Counted from the first letter of the stretch, positions 31,260 to 40,556 are shown. The stretch is DNA of 64,000 bases from Candidatus Magasanikiibacteriota bacterium (GCA_003482855.1 DMXO01000002.1:112114-176113); one strand, 5' to 3'. Notes: generated by a model not told the origin, from the letters alone. Program-made: numbers and translations.

Positions 31260-32663
31260 TTACGCAAAATAGCGAGTGATTAATTCATTGACTTTTGTAT
31301 CAACATCATGAGATGTCAATGGAGCTGTCTGCCCAGACTTTTCAATCAATTCTATTACTGTATTTAATATATGCTTAATACCTGGAATAATATGGATATC
31401 TCTATCTTCAGCATAAGAAAACCTCACATAACCCAATCCCATTTTACCAAAATCTGATCCAGCCAGAGTCGCAATCCCCCGTTCGTATAAAAACCAACGG
31501 GATAGTTGTTTATCATTCTCAATTTTTAATTCATCCTTTACATAGGATAATTTTAGAATATTTGCAAAACTAGGATATAGATAAAAAGCACCTTCAGCTT
31601 CGTTGCAAACTACATATGGCTTAAGTAAATTTAAAGCTTCTGAAACAAACTGTCCTTTCTTTTCATATTCTACGAAATCTTTGTTAATCAATTCTTGCAC
31701 TTGCGTCTTGATACTCGGATATTTGAAGCCATCGAGTTCCATATCACCATAGATAGCTCCTGCCACAATCTGATTAACGCGTGATACACAACTCCATTTA
31801 TTGATTGCCAACCTACCAAAAATCTCTATTACCCATTCTGGGGCCACCACAAAGCCCAACCGCCAACCAGTCATGGCATAATTCTTAGAATAACCATTCA
31901 AATTAATAGTCCAATCGAGCATGCCCGGAATGGAAATAAAACTAAAATGTTTACGTCCACCAAACGTAATCTGATCATAAATGTCATCAAAAATCACAAA
32001 GAACTTATATTGACGAACAAGATCGGCCACAGCTTCTAATTTTTCTCTGCCAATCACCATGCCCGTCGGATTTTGTGGTGTATTTATCACGAGTAATTTT
32101 ACACCTTCATTTTCTTCAATCAGTTTTTGCAAATCTCCTACCCGAAACTCCAAAGTTTGTTTTTCCTCATCTTTGTATGCTTGCCAATGCAAAACTTGAC
32201 CATGATGATAAAACTCGGCCAAAGATTCATAAACTGGATACCCTGGATCTTGAACAATAATTTTGTCTCCCGGAGCAACCAAAACTTGCATGGCTAATTC
32301 GATTGGTGATTTACCAGCTGGTTCTAGAAGAATATTAGTTGGCTTAATTTCTACTCCACGCAACTCACTCCAATATTTGGCAATATTTTCTCGTACTTTA
32401 GGATAACCAGCAAAGTGGCCATACTTAGTTTGTTTGTCTTTCAAAGCTTGAATTGCAACATCAATAATTGGCTGTGGAGTCTTTGGGCCAGTATCACCCA
32501 CATGAAATTTATAAACCTGAGAAAATTTTTTTGATGCTTCAACGGCAATTACTTCTGCTCCAAAACCAAACGCAGTTTCTGTACCAAGATAATTGAGAGC
32601 AGGATTGATAGTGACGTTTGGAATTAAATTTTTGTCAGTGAGAAATTTGGGAAGTTGTGACAT
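31260..32663 (-). CDS. PLP-dependent aminotransferase class I/II
   Basis: INTPQNPTG, DDIYD, GYSKNYAMTGWRLG, GAFY and VRFSYA motifs. Likely start is MSQLPK. Confidence 0.92.
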   Translation of the reverse strand: MSQLPKFLTDKNLIPNVTINPALNYLGTETAFGFGAEVIAVEASKKFSQVYKFHVGDTGPKTPQPIIDVAIQALKDKQTKYGHFAGYPKVRENIAKYWSELRGVEIKPTNILLEPAGKSPIELAMQVLVAPGDKIIVQDPGYPVYESLAEFYHHGQVLHWQAYKDEEKQTLEFRVGDLQKLIEENEGVKLLVINTPQNPTGMVIGREKLEAVADLVRQYKFFVIFDDIYDQITFGGRKHFSFISIPGMLDWTINLNGYSKNYAMTGWRLGFVVAPEWVIEIFGRLAINKWSCVSRVNQIVAGAIYGDMELDGFKYPSIKTQVQELINKDFVEYEKKGQFVSEALNLLKPYVVCNEAEGAFYLYPSFANILKLSYVKDELKIENDKQLSRWFLYERGIATLAGSDFGKMGLGYVRFSYAEDRDIHIIPGIKHILNTVIELIEKSGQTAPLTSHDVDTKVNELITRYFA

Positions 32664-32692
32664 AGAATTATAGATAATTGATATGCAAATTA

Positions 32693-34957
32693 TCAAGTTA
32701 AAATTTTAATTACCCTTTCTTTGATGTCACTTGCTGTCAAACCTGCAAGTTCATACACTTCGCTGACTGAACCAGATTTGAGATAGGTGTCAATCGCAAT
32801 AGTACGCTTCTCATAATCAGGCGGCAATAAAAACGGATACAGAAATCCTTTCCAACCAGCATGCAATGCAATTGCAAGGCTACGGTCCTCATCAGAAAAT
32901 ATCTTATGTGCTTTCTCTGGATTTGTCTTTCTCAAGTCCTCAAACAATTCAGGAGATGTGACCGCAACCAATTTCACGTCATACCCCTGTGCTTCTAGAT
33001 CAGGCAGAATATCAATGGTATTTTTCAAAACTTGCATTCCTGCGATTACCAAGGTAGTTTTCTTTTTACCATTATTTCTATAATCTTTAAAAATATATGC
33101 ACCATTCACTGCTTCACGCACTTCTGGGACAAATTGGCCACAACATGCATTCTCGCCTCGAACAAACACTGGTGTATCAGGACGAGCAACTGACAAAGCA
33201 ATAGGTTCACCTTTTTCAAGCGCGTAAAACAACATCTCCACTGTCTCGTTCGCGTCCATTGGTTTATAAACTTTGATACCTGGGTATGCGGTATACATAC
33301 TCATCCAATATAAACCTTGGTGTGTCGGGCCGTCTTCGCCAGTTTCTGGACCATCATGCGCAGAAAGTAATATAAAAAATCCTTTGTGTTCTGGATACAA
33401 ATGATTACCTATGAGAATAAGACGAATCGCATTGCACATCATAGAGCTAAATACTGCATATGATCCAAACACAGACACTGGTGCAAATCCTCCGGGCAGC
33501 CTATCGGCAGTCATCGCCGCGCCCATCATTGCCATATTTTGTTCAGCAATGCCATATCGAATACCGCGTCCATACGGATTTTTGCGGCTCACAACACCAT
33601 ATACATCTTCTGACTTATTTACCAATATGGAACCAGAAAGATCTCCTGCCCCAGACCAAAAAAATGCAGTCTGTTTCATGAGCCACTCAAAAAATGCTCC
33701 ACTTGCTTTGCGAGTTGCGGTATTTTTACCTTGTTCAAAAACCAATTCAGCAGGAAGCGTATCAGGACGTCGAATTGTTATAGGATTTACCAATGGGCGA
33801 TCTCCAAGTTTTGTCTTCATCTCTCCAACTAATTCCTGTTCTGTCTTGACCAAGCTCTTTGCAATATCTAATCTTTCTGAAATATATTCTGCGACTTCAC
33901 TTGTGAGCTGCGAAAGTACATGTTCAATATCTTTTGAAGCCTCGCCTTGTACACCAGGAATATCAAACCTCAAGCTCTTCATCACCTGCACATAATCATC
34001 ATGTTTTGCCGGAGCACCATGAGATTTGTGAGTACCTTCTACAACACCATAGCATTTTCCTTTGAGCGTATGTGCAACAACGACAGTCGGATTTCCATTA
34101 TCAAATATTTTTTGTTCTGCCAGTCTATATGCATATATACACTCAAGTATATTATGTCCATCTATTTCTATCACATTCCAACCAAGCCCAAGCCAATGAT
34201 TAATCATAGGACTACTAACCACTTCTTCAATAAGCCCATCTATACCATTATGATTATAATCAAATGCGACAATCATATTGTCAGCTCCAACTGTGTGCAA
34301 TATATTACGTGCTTCATACGTCATACCCTCCTCACTTTCAGCGTCTCCCATAAATGCCCACACATTGGTAGACAGACCCGATGATTTGTGCACGATGGCC
34401 ATACCACCAGCAGAGGGCATACCATGTCCTGAAGGACCTGTAGCTATATCACTCAAGGGATAATAATTTTCAATATGGCCTTGTGGACCATCATGCCGCC
34501 TAAAACGAGGAAGATCATCTGCCATAACTGCACGTAATTTTTTAGCATCAAATCCTTGACCAACTTTTTTCAAAGATTCATACAAAACAGTCAAACCTGC
34601 ATAAAGACCTGGAGAGCAATGCCCTGCCGACCACACCAGTCTATCTCTGCCAGGATTCTTGGGGTCAAGAGGATCAAAGGCAAATGCGCCACCAAGTATC
34701 ATGCCAAAAAACTGCTCTACCTTGCCTGATGAACCACCAGGATGACCTGATTGTGAAGCTTCAAGCATTGAAAAAATAAAACCACGCATAATACGCGCAG
34801 CTTCATTAAGTTTGTCAACGTCAATCCCTTCCAAAGGGGTCAAATCTAAATTTTGCAGTTTTAAATAGCTTCCACCTTTCATCTCATGATTAAAACGCTC
34901 AGGCTGATTCGCCTTGAGCTTGTCGACCTCCTCTTTATTCAACAAATTATATGACAT
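32693..34957 (-). CDS. tkt: Transketolase
   Basis: SGHPGG, DRLVWSAGH, GDAESEEG, YGIAEQNM and GEDGPTHQ motifs. Confidence 0.92.
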   Translation of the reverse strand: MSYNLLNKEEVDKLKANQPERFNHEMKGGSYLKLQNLDLTPLEGIDVDKLNEAARIMRGFIFSMLEASQSGHPGGSSGKVEQFFGMILGGAFAFDPLDPKNPGRDRLVWSAGHCSPGLYAGLTVLYESLKKVGQGFDAKKLRAVMADDLPRFRRHDGPQGHIENYYPLSDIATGPSGHGMPSAGGMAIVHKSSGLSTNVWAFMGDAESEEGMTYEARNILHTVGADNMIVAFDYNHNGIDGLIEEVVSSPMINHWLGLGWNVIEIDGHNILECIYAYRLAEQKIFDNGNPTVVVAHTLKGKCYGVVEGTHKSHGAPAKHDDYVQVMKSLRFDIPGVQGEASKDIEHVLSQLTSEVAEYISERLDIAKSLVKTEQELVGEMKTKLGDRPLVNPITIRRPDTLPAELVFEQGKNTATRKASGAFFEWLMKQTAFFWSGAGDLSGSILVNKSEDVYGVVSRKNPYGRGIRYGIAEQNMAMMGAAMTADRLPGGFAPVSVFGSYAVFSSMMCNAIRLILIGNHLYPEHKGFFILLSAHDGPETGEDGPTHQGLYWMSMYTAYPGIKVYKPMDANETVEMLFYALEKGEPIALSVARPDTPVFVRGENACCGQFVPEVREAVNGAYIFKDYRNNGKKKTTLVIAGMQVLKNTIDILPDLEAQGYDVKLVAVTSPELFEDLRKTNPEKAHKIFSDEDRSLAIALHAGWKGFLYPFLLPPDYEKRTIAIDTYLKSGSVSEVYELAGLTASDIKERVIKILT

Positions 34958-35042
34958 ACATATACAAATTATAATTTTAGCCTAATGAGTATATCACTTC
35001 AAACGCGCGTTGTGCAAGGGTAAAAAATGGGCAAAAAATTAG

Positions 35043-35966
35043 TTATGGACTTTTAATTTTATGGGCTTTTGGATACTTTATCCCCAACACAATATACCCC
35101 TGACTCTCTACCCATCTACCTACGGTAAGCATCTCAACCAATCCATACAATTCCCAAAACGCAGTTGAAAATGGGTGTGTCTTTTGTTTAATCCAAAAAA
35201 ATATCTTGTTAAAAAATTTAAGTATAGGAAAATTTTTCTGATGTTGCAAGGCATCGTATAATTCATCGGGGTGGGCAAAAAACTTAGCCCAAAAAGTAGA
35301 GTACATTCTTTTTATATCAAACCCAGCCTCATACAATAGTGCCCTAAGCTCATGTTTGCTATACAATGAAATGTGAAACTCGGCATGTGGATCAATATTT
35401 AGTCCACGCTTCAAAAGACAATTTCGTATCCATGCATGCTTTCCCAATTTTGATTCACTAAACATGGCAAGCCTACCACCAGGTCTTAAGACACGATACA
35501 ATTCATCAAGCCACGCAGGTACATCGCGTACATGACCAAGAACATCTGACGTATATACGACATCAAATGATTCGTCTTCAAACGGCAAACGCTTCCCGTC
35601 GTAATGCTGAAACTCAGCCCACACACCATATTCTTTGACCCGCTTCCGTGCTACATCTATTTGCATAGCAATGACATCTACTCCCACGACTTCGACACGC
35701 TTGCCCCACAACTTCTTCATTTCAATAACAGATGCGCCAGTACCACACCCAACATCAAGTATTCGCACATGTGCTCCCGTACTTTTGTGCTTGACTGCTT
35801 TTGTGATAAATCGGTAGAGCAAAAATTTTTTTGGAAAGAAAAACAATTTAAAAAGGTCCTTCCATGTAGCCATCTCTCCCGTGATGACCGGTCGTGCATC
35901 CCAAAATTCAGTATGTGTCCCTTCTATTACTCCCCAGCCTTTGGTTGTTGAATTTTTTTCGTTCAT
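35043..35966 (-). CDS. Class I SAM-dependent methyltransferase
   Basis: ILDVGCGTG, LPFEDESFDVV and RVLRPGG motifs. Confidence 0.9.
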   Translation of the reverse strand: MNEKNSTTKGWGVIEGTHTEFWDARPVITGEMATWKDLFKLFFFPKKFLLYRFITKAVKHKSTGAHVRILDVGCGTGASVIEMKKLWGKRVEVVGVDVIAMQIDVARKRVKEYGVWAEFQHYDGKRLPFEDESFDVVYTSDVLGHVRDVPAWLDELYRVLRPGGRLAMFSESKLGKHAWIRNCLLKRGLNIDPHAEFHISLYSKHELRALLYEAGFDIKRMYSTFWAKFFAHPDELYDALQHQKNFPILKFFNKIFFWIKQKTHPFSTAFWELYGLVEMLTVGRWVESQGYIVLGIKYPKAHKIKSP

Positions 35967-36076
35967 ATGAGAGTATTGTATCATATTAGAGTACTTGGTT
36001 CATAGTTAATAGTTCTTGGTTCGGGGTTTATAAAATTGTAAAATAAAAAAAGCCTTTTTCAAAAAGCTTTTCCTTT

Positions 36077-36132
36077 CCGCCGGCCCACTTGGAGCGAAGA
36101 ACCGAAGTCCTTGCTACAAGTGGGCCGGCGGG
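36077..36132 (-). terminator. Long GC-rich hairpin downstream of the 59-aa gene
   Basis: 15-bp perfect stem CCGCCGGCCCACTTG/CAAGTGGGCCGGCGG with a c(UUCG)g apex on the minus strand. Confidence 0.6.
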
Positions 36133-36133
36133 G

Positions 36134-36313
36134 TCAGCGTCCGGCGTCGGCGCCGCAGTGGCCGCAGTCGTCAGCCGTCTCGCACTCACCCGAGACGTAG
36201 GCCTCCACGCAGGCCGGCTCGATGCCAGAGCCCATGATCTTGTCCCAGGCCATCCACACGATGGCGGCCGGGACGAGCGCTACACGACGCCAGGTCCAAC
36301 GGAATTCCTCCAC
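36134..36313 (-). CDS. GC-rich 59-aa orphan protein (hydrophobic N-terminus, four Cys)
   Basis: GTG start after AAGGAGGAG: MEEFRWTWRRVALVPAAIVWMAWDKIMGSGIEPACVEAYVSGECETADDCGHCGADAGR. Below the ORF-track cutoff. Confidence 0.7.
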   Translation of the reverse strand: MEEFRWTWRRVALVPAAIVWMAWDKIMGSGIEPACVEAYVSGECETADDCGHCGADAGR

Positions 36314-36379
36314 GGTCTCCTCCTTTCGCGCCTCCTACTGGCGCGTAATCCAGCTATTGCATACACGAAAAAACATATT

Positions 36380-37099
36380 ATGTCAACCCTCCATTCAGGT
36401 TTTCTCCTCATCAACAAACCAAAAAACTGGACCAGCCATGATGTCGTGGCTTATGTTAGAAACATTGCACGAAAAGCTACTGGAGAGAGAAAAATACGTG
36501 TAGGACATGCAGGAACGCTTGATCCATTTGCTACTGGTCTTCTCATTGTCGGTGTTGGACGCGAAGCAACAAAAAGGCTAGATGAATTCAAATCATTGTC
36601 AAAAACATACATTGCAACACTCAGATGTGGAGCGACAAGCAATACCTACGATAGTACTGGAATAATTCAACAATGTAACAATGAAACAATGAAGCAATTA
36701 TCAACAAAACTAACCCTAAAAAAAATACATATTGTTGTACAATCGTTTCTTGGTAAACAAAATCAAACCCCTCCCATGTACTCTGCAAAAAAAATAAATG
36801 GTAAAAAATTATATGAACTCGCGCGAAAAGGAATAGAGATTAAACGAAAATCAAATGAAATTGAGATATTGGATATTAAGATATTAGAATATTCATGGCC
36901 GACACTGACTATTGAAGTACAATGTTCTTCAGGGACGTATATCCGTACGCTTGCACACGACATCGGTCAAAAACTTGACTGCGGTGCGTACTGTGAAGAA
37001 TTGGAACGCACGAGCATCGGGGAATATAAAATTGAAAACACGGTTGATCCCAAAAAAATTACAAGGGAAAATATAGAATCTCTCATCATGAAATTATAA
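36380..37099 (+). CDS. truB: tRNA pseudouridine(55) synthase
   Basis: INKPKNWTSHDVV, VGHAGTLDPFATGLL, PPMYSAKK and GTYIRTLA motifs. True start is ATG 36380. Confidence 0.95.
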   Translation: MSTLHSGFLLINKPKNWTSHDVVAYVRNIARKATGERKIRVGHAGTLDPFATGLLIVGVGREATKRLDEFKSLSKTYIATLRCGATSNTYDSTGIIQQCNNETMKQLSTKLTLKKIHIVVQSFLGKQNQTPPMYSAKKINGKKLYELARKGIEIKRKSNEIEILDIKILEYSWPTLTIEVQCSSGTYIRTLAHDIGQKLDCGAYCEELERTSIGEYKIENTVDPKKITRENIESLIMKL

Positions 37100-37191
37100 A
37101 TCTGGAACAAAAATTGACCAAACAACCACCCGATTACTCGTGGTGGTTTTATTTATTCGGCCTAGCCCCGAATTATCGGGCTGAAGATGGA

Positions 37192-37220
37192 TTGACAAAA
37201 ACAAAAATCTATGTTAGATT
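37192..37220 (+). promoter_or_regulatory. sigma70 promoter of GC-rich orphan gene
   Basis: TTGACA-17 nt-TAGATT with TGn. Confidence 0.6.
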
Positions 37221-37270
37221 CGAACGTCCGTTTGCCGACTTTTCCCGATGGCGACGGACAAAGGAAAAAA

Positions 37271-37762
37271 GTGTATTTCACAACGAAAGGCTTGCTATTC
37301 TGGGTTGACGACGACCAGTACGACATGGAGGAAACACTCTACGTGCTCCTCCCGGATGGCAGGCAGATCGATGCGGGTCTCCTCCTCCAAGAGGAGGACG
37401 ATGAGAATCAGAAAGTGATCGTCGATCTCGACAAAATCACTGACGAAGATCCCCATGCTCCAGTCTACGTTGGGGGAATTATGGCCACCTTGGTCGGGTT
37501 GGCCGAGACGCCCGTCGACATCGTCGAGAAGATGAACGACGGACGTGGGCAGTACTCCTTCCAGGTTACACTTTCGAACCCGTATGACCTCGCACTCCTG
37601 CGCATGGTCGCGAAGGCCATGTGTCATGGAGGTGTCGAGATCATCCACGCGGACTCTCTCGACAGGGAGCTGGGCTCTGATCCTCTTGCGACAGTCGATG
37701 ACATCCTCATCGCCCCCGAGGTCAGCGTGCCGACGCCCGAAGAGCTCGACGACAACAGGTGA
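37271..37762 (+). CDS. GC-rich acidic hypothetical protein
   Basis: In-frame GTG 37271 follows AAGGA; the ORF-track ATG at 37211 lies inside the promoter. Strong GC3 bias. Confidence 0.75.
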   Translation: MYFTTKGLLFWVDDDQYDMEETLYVLLPDGRQIDAGLLLQEEDDENQKVIVDLDKITDEDPHAPVYVGGIMATLVGLAETPVDIVEKMNDGRGQYSFQVTLSNPYDLALLRMVAKAMCHGGVEIIHADSLDRELGSDPLATVDDILIAPEVSVPTPEELDDNR

Positions 37763-37951
37763 GACTCATCGCGGGCCCAAGTGACTCCGCGACTGACCTG
37801 CGACATATCGAGCAGAACTACACGAATCCGAGGACGCGCGACTTCTTCGCGCCTGGCGCACACGCGTCCTCGGGTTCATCACATCAAACTGCATACCAGT
37901 TTGTTTTTATTTATCCACACCCATTTGCTTTAGACTAGCGAAATACAAAGA

Positions 37952-37980
37952 TTGACAAAAGCACTAAAACCTGCTACACT
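37952..37980 (+). promoter_or_regulatory. sigma70 promoter upstream of candidate ncRNA and rny
   Basis: TTGACA-17 nt-TACACT with TGn. DnaA-box-like TTATCCACA at 37911. Confidence 0.75.
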
Positions 37981-38006
37981 CAATACGCATTTCAATATAT
38001 AGGTTC

Positions 38007-38214
38007 GAGAGTTACACGTATGCAAGAGATATGAATGCAAGCTATACTATTATCAAACTTCGCTAAATTATGAGAAAAAAGGAATTAAAAATTCAAAACC
38101 TTTCTTTTTCATATAGTGTATTTCTTTCTAAAAATACATCTATAGCACCTCTCAAATAGTACGAGATCCAAAATCTCGAGCTTCTTCGTGTCATCATATA
38201 CATGTCAAACTCTC
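38007..38214 (+). ncRNA. Candidate 6S-like RNA
   Basis: Nested complementarity GAGAGTT/AACTCTC, GATATGAA/TTCGTGTC, GCTATA/TATAGC and a terminal hairpin. Lies between the promoter and rny. Confidence 0.45.
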
Positions 38215-38262
38215 AATACTAGAGTAATTTTATTTTAATCTAAACGTAATTAATATACATGT

Positions 38263-39789
38263 ATGTCAGAACTTACACTAATAGTCACCATACTTGGTGG
38301 GCTCATACTGGGCGGAGGACTTGGGTACTTCATCCGAGTGCAAATGGGCAAAGCCAAGGCAAACTCTGTAGAAGCAAAAGCAGAGAAAATGCTCAATGAG
38401 GCAAAACAAAAAGAGCAAGAACTTTTGCTCCACGCAAAAGAAAAAGCTATCAAAATAATTGATGACTCAAAAAAAGAAGAAAATGATCGCAGAAGCGAGC
38501 TTGGTCAATTGCAAAAAAGACTCACTGAACGCGAGTCCATGTTTGACCAAAAACTTATGGAGTTTGAAGAGCGAAAGACAAATCTTCAACAAAAAGTAGA
38601 AGAAATACAGGCTATCAAACAAAAAGTTGATCTCTTGCGAGAAGATGCAACAAAAAAATTGGAAACAATCTCAAACATGACACGAGAAGAAGCAAAAGAA
38701 GAGATTATCCACCAAGTCGAAGAACAAAGTCAGGAAGATCTATTTGGTCGCATCATGAAAATTGAACGTACCAATAGTGAAAAATACGAAATTAAAGCTC
38801 GTGAAGTAGTACTCTCTGCAATACAACGATGTGCGTCTGATCATTCTTCAGAGACAACTTCGACCTCAGTAAATCTCCCTAGTGACGAAATGAAGGGGCG
38901 GATTATAGGAAAAGACGGCCGTAACATCAAAACTATTGAAAAACTTACTGGCTGTGAATTAATCATTGACGACACGCCAGACATGCTCCTGGTCTCAGGA
39001 TTCTCCCCTATCCGCCGACGTGTTGCACAAATTGCAATTGAAAAATTGATCAAAGACGGCCGTATCCAGCCAGCACGTATCGAAGAATTCATAGAAGAAG
39101 CAAAAAGAGAACTTGCTATCGATATCAAACAGGCAGGAGAAGAGGCTCTCTACAAACTAGGTATTACAGGACTTGATCCAAAACTTGTGTCTATCGTCGG
39201 ACGTCTCAAATATCGTACTAGTTATGGCCAAAATATTCTGAACCATTCAGCCGAAGTAGCACATCTGTCTGCACTCATTGCACAAGAGCTTGGAGTAGAT
39301 GCTGCAACAGCAAAGAAAGCAGGGTTCTTCCATGATATAGGTAAAGCAGTAGACCAAGAGACGCAAGGTGGTCATCCGGAAATTGGAGAAACCATCCTCA
39401 AAAAATTTGGTCTTCCTGTAGAAATCCAAGATGCAGCTGCTCACCACCATGATGACAAGCCTGAGAGCGTCATCACACAGATCGTGAAGGCAGCAGATGC
39501 TATATCTGGATCACGCGTCGGAGCACGTCGCGATACGTATGAACAATACGTGGCACGTCTCGAAGAGCTTGAGGCAACAGCAAGTGGTTTTGCAGGCATT
39601 GATAAAGTATACGCAATTCAAGCTGGACGCGAAGTACGCATATTTGTAAAACCAGAAGAAATTGATGATTACGAAGCATATAATCTAGCAAAAGACATTG
39701 CTCGTAAAATAGAAAATGAACTTCAGTATCCTGGCGAAATCAAAGTGCACGTCATCCGAGAATCACGCGTCATCGAATATGCTAAGTAA
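38263..39789 (+). CDS. rny: Ribonuclease Y
   Basis: N-terminal TM, coiled coil, KH domain (KGRIIGKDGRNI) and HD domain (HDIGKA, ADAISGSR). Confidence 0.97.
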   Translation: MSELTLIVTILGGLILGGGLGYFIRVQMGKAKANSVEAKAEKMLNEAKQKEQELLLHAKEKAIKIIDDSKKEENDRRSELGQLQKRLTERESMFDQKLMEFEERKTNLQQKVEEIQAIKQKVDLLREDATKKLETISNMTREEAKEEIIHQVEEQSQEDLFGRIMKIERTNSEKYEIKAREVVLSAIQRCASDHSSETTSTSVNLPSDEMKGRIIGKDGRNIKTIEKLTGCELIIDDTPDMLLVSGFSPIRRRVAQIAIEKLIKDGRIQPARIEEFIEEAKRELAIDIKQAGEEALYKLGITGLDPKLVSIVGRLKYRTSYGQNILNHSAEVAHLSALIAQELGVDAATAKKAGFFHDIGKAVDQETQGGHPEIGETILKKFGLPVEIQDAAAHHHDDKPESVITQIVKAADAISGSRVGARRDTYEQYVARLEELEATASGFAGIDKVYAIQAGREVRIFVKPEEIDDYEAYNLAKDIARKIENELQYPGEIKVHVIRESRVIEYAK

Positions 39790-39792
39790 TAC

Positions 39793-39816
39793 AAAACTCC
39801 CTTCGGGGAGTTTTTG
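39793..39816 (+). terminator. Intrinsic terminator after rny
   Basis: AAAACTCCC-TTCG-GGGAGTTTTT. Confidence 0.85.
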
Positions 39817-39820
39817 TTTC

Positions 39821-39958
39821 AAATCCTAAATTCTAAACCAAAAATCCTAAACAAACTAAAATGTTCAAATTACCAAAACTCTAAACGTGATTGTTTGTGG
39901 TATTAGTGCTTTATTAATTTTGTATTATTTAGAATTTCGATATTAGAATTTCGAATTT
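39821..39958. repeat. Imperfect inverted repeat, two 66-nt arms with 7-nt periodicity
   Basis: AAATCCT AAATTCT... versus ...AGAATTT CGAATTT, with a 6-nt spacer. Confidence 0.75.
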
Positions 39959-39986
39959 ACACGATTGTGGATAAAAAATGCCTCTA

Positions 39987-40015
39987 TTGACAGCTTTTTC
40001 TATGTATTATACAAT
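39987..40015 (+). promoter_or_regulatory. sigma70 promoter of HU gene
   Basis: TTGACA-17 nt-TACAAT. TGTGGATAA at 39966. Confidence 0.75.
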
Positions 40016-40093
40016 AAATCTGTAATAGTAATCTCATTTATCTTCTAACCTTCCCCATGAACCTATCAGTTTCTTGGGGAATAAGGAACACAT

Positions 40094-40372
40094 ATGAACA
40101 AAGCAGAATTGGCACAGGCCATAGCCGACAAAGCAGGAGTATCCAAAAAGGAAGCAGAAAGTATGGTAGCTTCTTTTGTACAAATTGTTACCACCACTAT
40201 CAAAGGCGGTGGCGAGGTAAATATTGCAGGCTTTGGTGCATTTAGCGCAAAGATGCGTGCAGGACGCGTCGGAGTCAACCCACAAAACCCAACACAAAAA
40301 ATTCAAATCCCCCCTGTCACCGTGCCAAAATTCAAAGCTGGCAAAGCATTGAAAGATGCGTTGAAGAAATAG
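40094..40372 (+). CDS. hup: DNA-binding protein HU
   Basis: MNKAELAQAIA, GFGAFS, R.GVNPQ and PKFKAGKALKD motifs. Confidence 0.96.
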   Translation: MNKAELAQAIADKAGVSKKEAESMVASFVQIVTTTIKGGGEVNIAGFGAFSAKMRAGRVGVNPQNPTQKIQIPPVTVPKFKAGKALKDALKK

Positions 40373-40387
40373 AATAACAATTTACAC

Positions 40388-40416
40388 AAAAACCTCTCAT
40401 AATGAGAGGTTTTTTA
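40388..40416. terminator. Bidirectional terminator
   Basis: AAAAACCTCTCA-TAA-TGAGAGGTTTTT. Confidence 0.8.
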
Positions 40417-40432
40417 TTTTTTCATGAAACTG

Positions 40433-40556
40433 TGTCAGAGGGGAGGATCGAACTCCCGACCTTAGCGTTATGAATGCTACGCTCTAACCGACTGAGTCCC
40501 GAGGCGAGCTCGGGATCCCGATTCAGCCCCAAGGCTGACATCGGGACTACTCTCCA
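40433..40556 (-). pseudogene. Interrupted second copy of tRNA(CAU) with 50-nt double-hairpin insertion
   Basis: 40 nt identical to the tRNA at 40827-40900. Insertion 40497-40546 lies between TAG and CTCAG. Acceptor stem pairs over only 4 bp. Confidence 0.85.

Noticed and set aside
36089..36379. 97-aa N-terminal extension of TruB in the ORF track
   Set aside because: It is the antisense reading of the GC-rich 59-aa gene and its hairpin. TruB homology starts at ATG 36380.
37146..37175. GCCTAGCCCCGA resembling the tRNA-Pro 3' end (att site)
   Set aside because: The match is short and gapped, and is explained by a local hairpin.
37911..39974. Replication origin
   Set aside because: The DnaA boxes are isolated, with no cluster, no dnaA/dnaN and no lasting switch in gene orientation.
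40497..40546. Insertion as a canonical tRNA intron
   Set aside because: Too short for a group I/II intron, no bulge-helix-bulge, and the acceptor stem of the host copy is broken.
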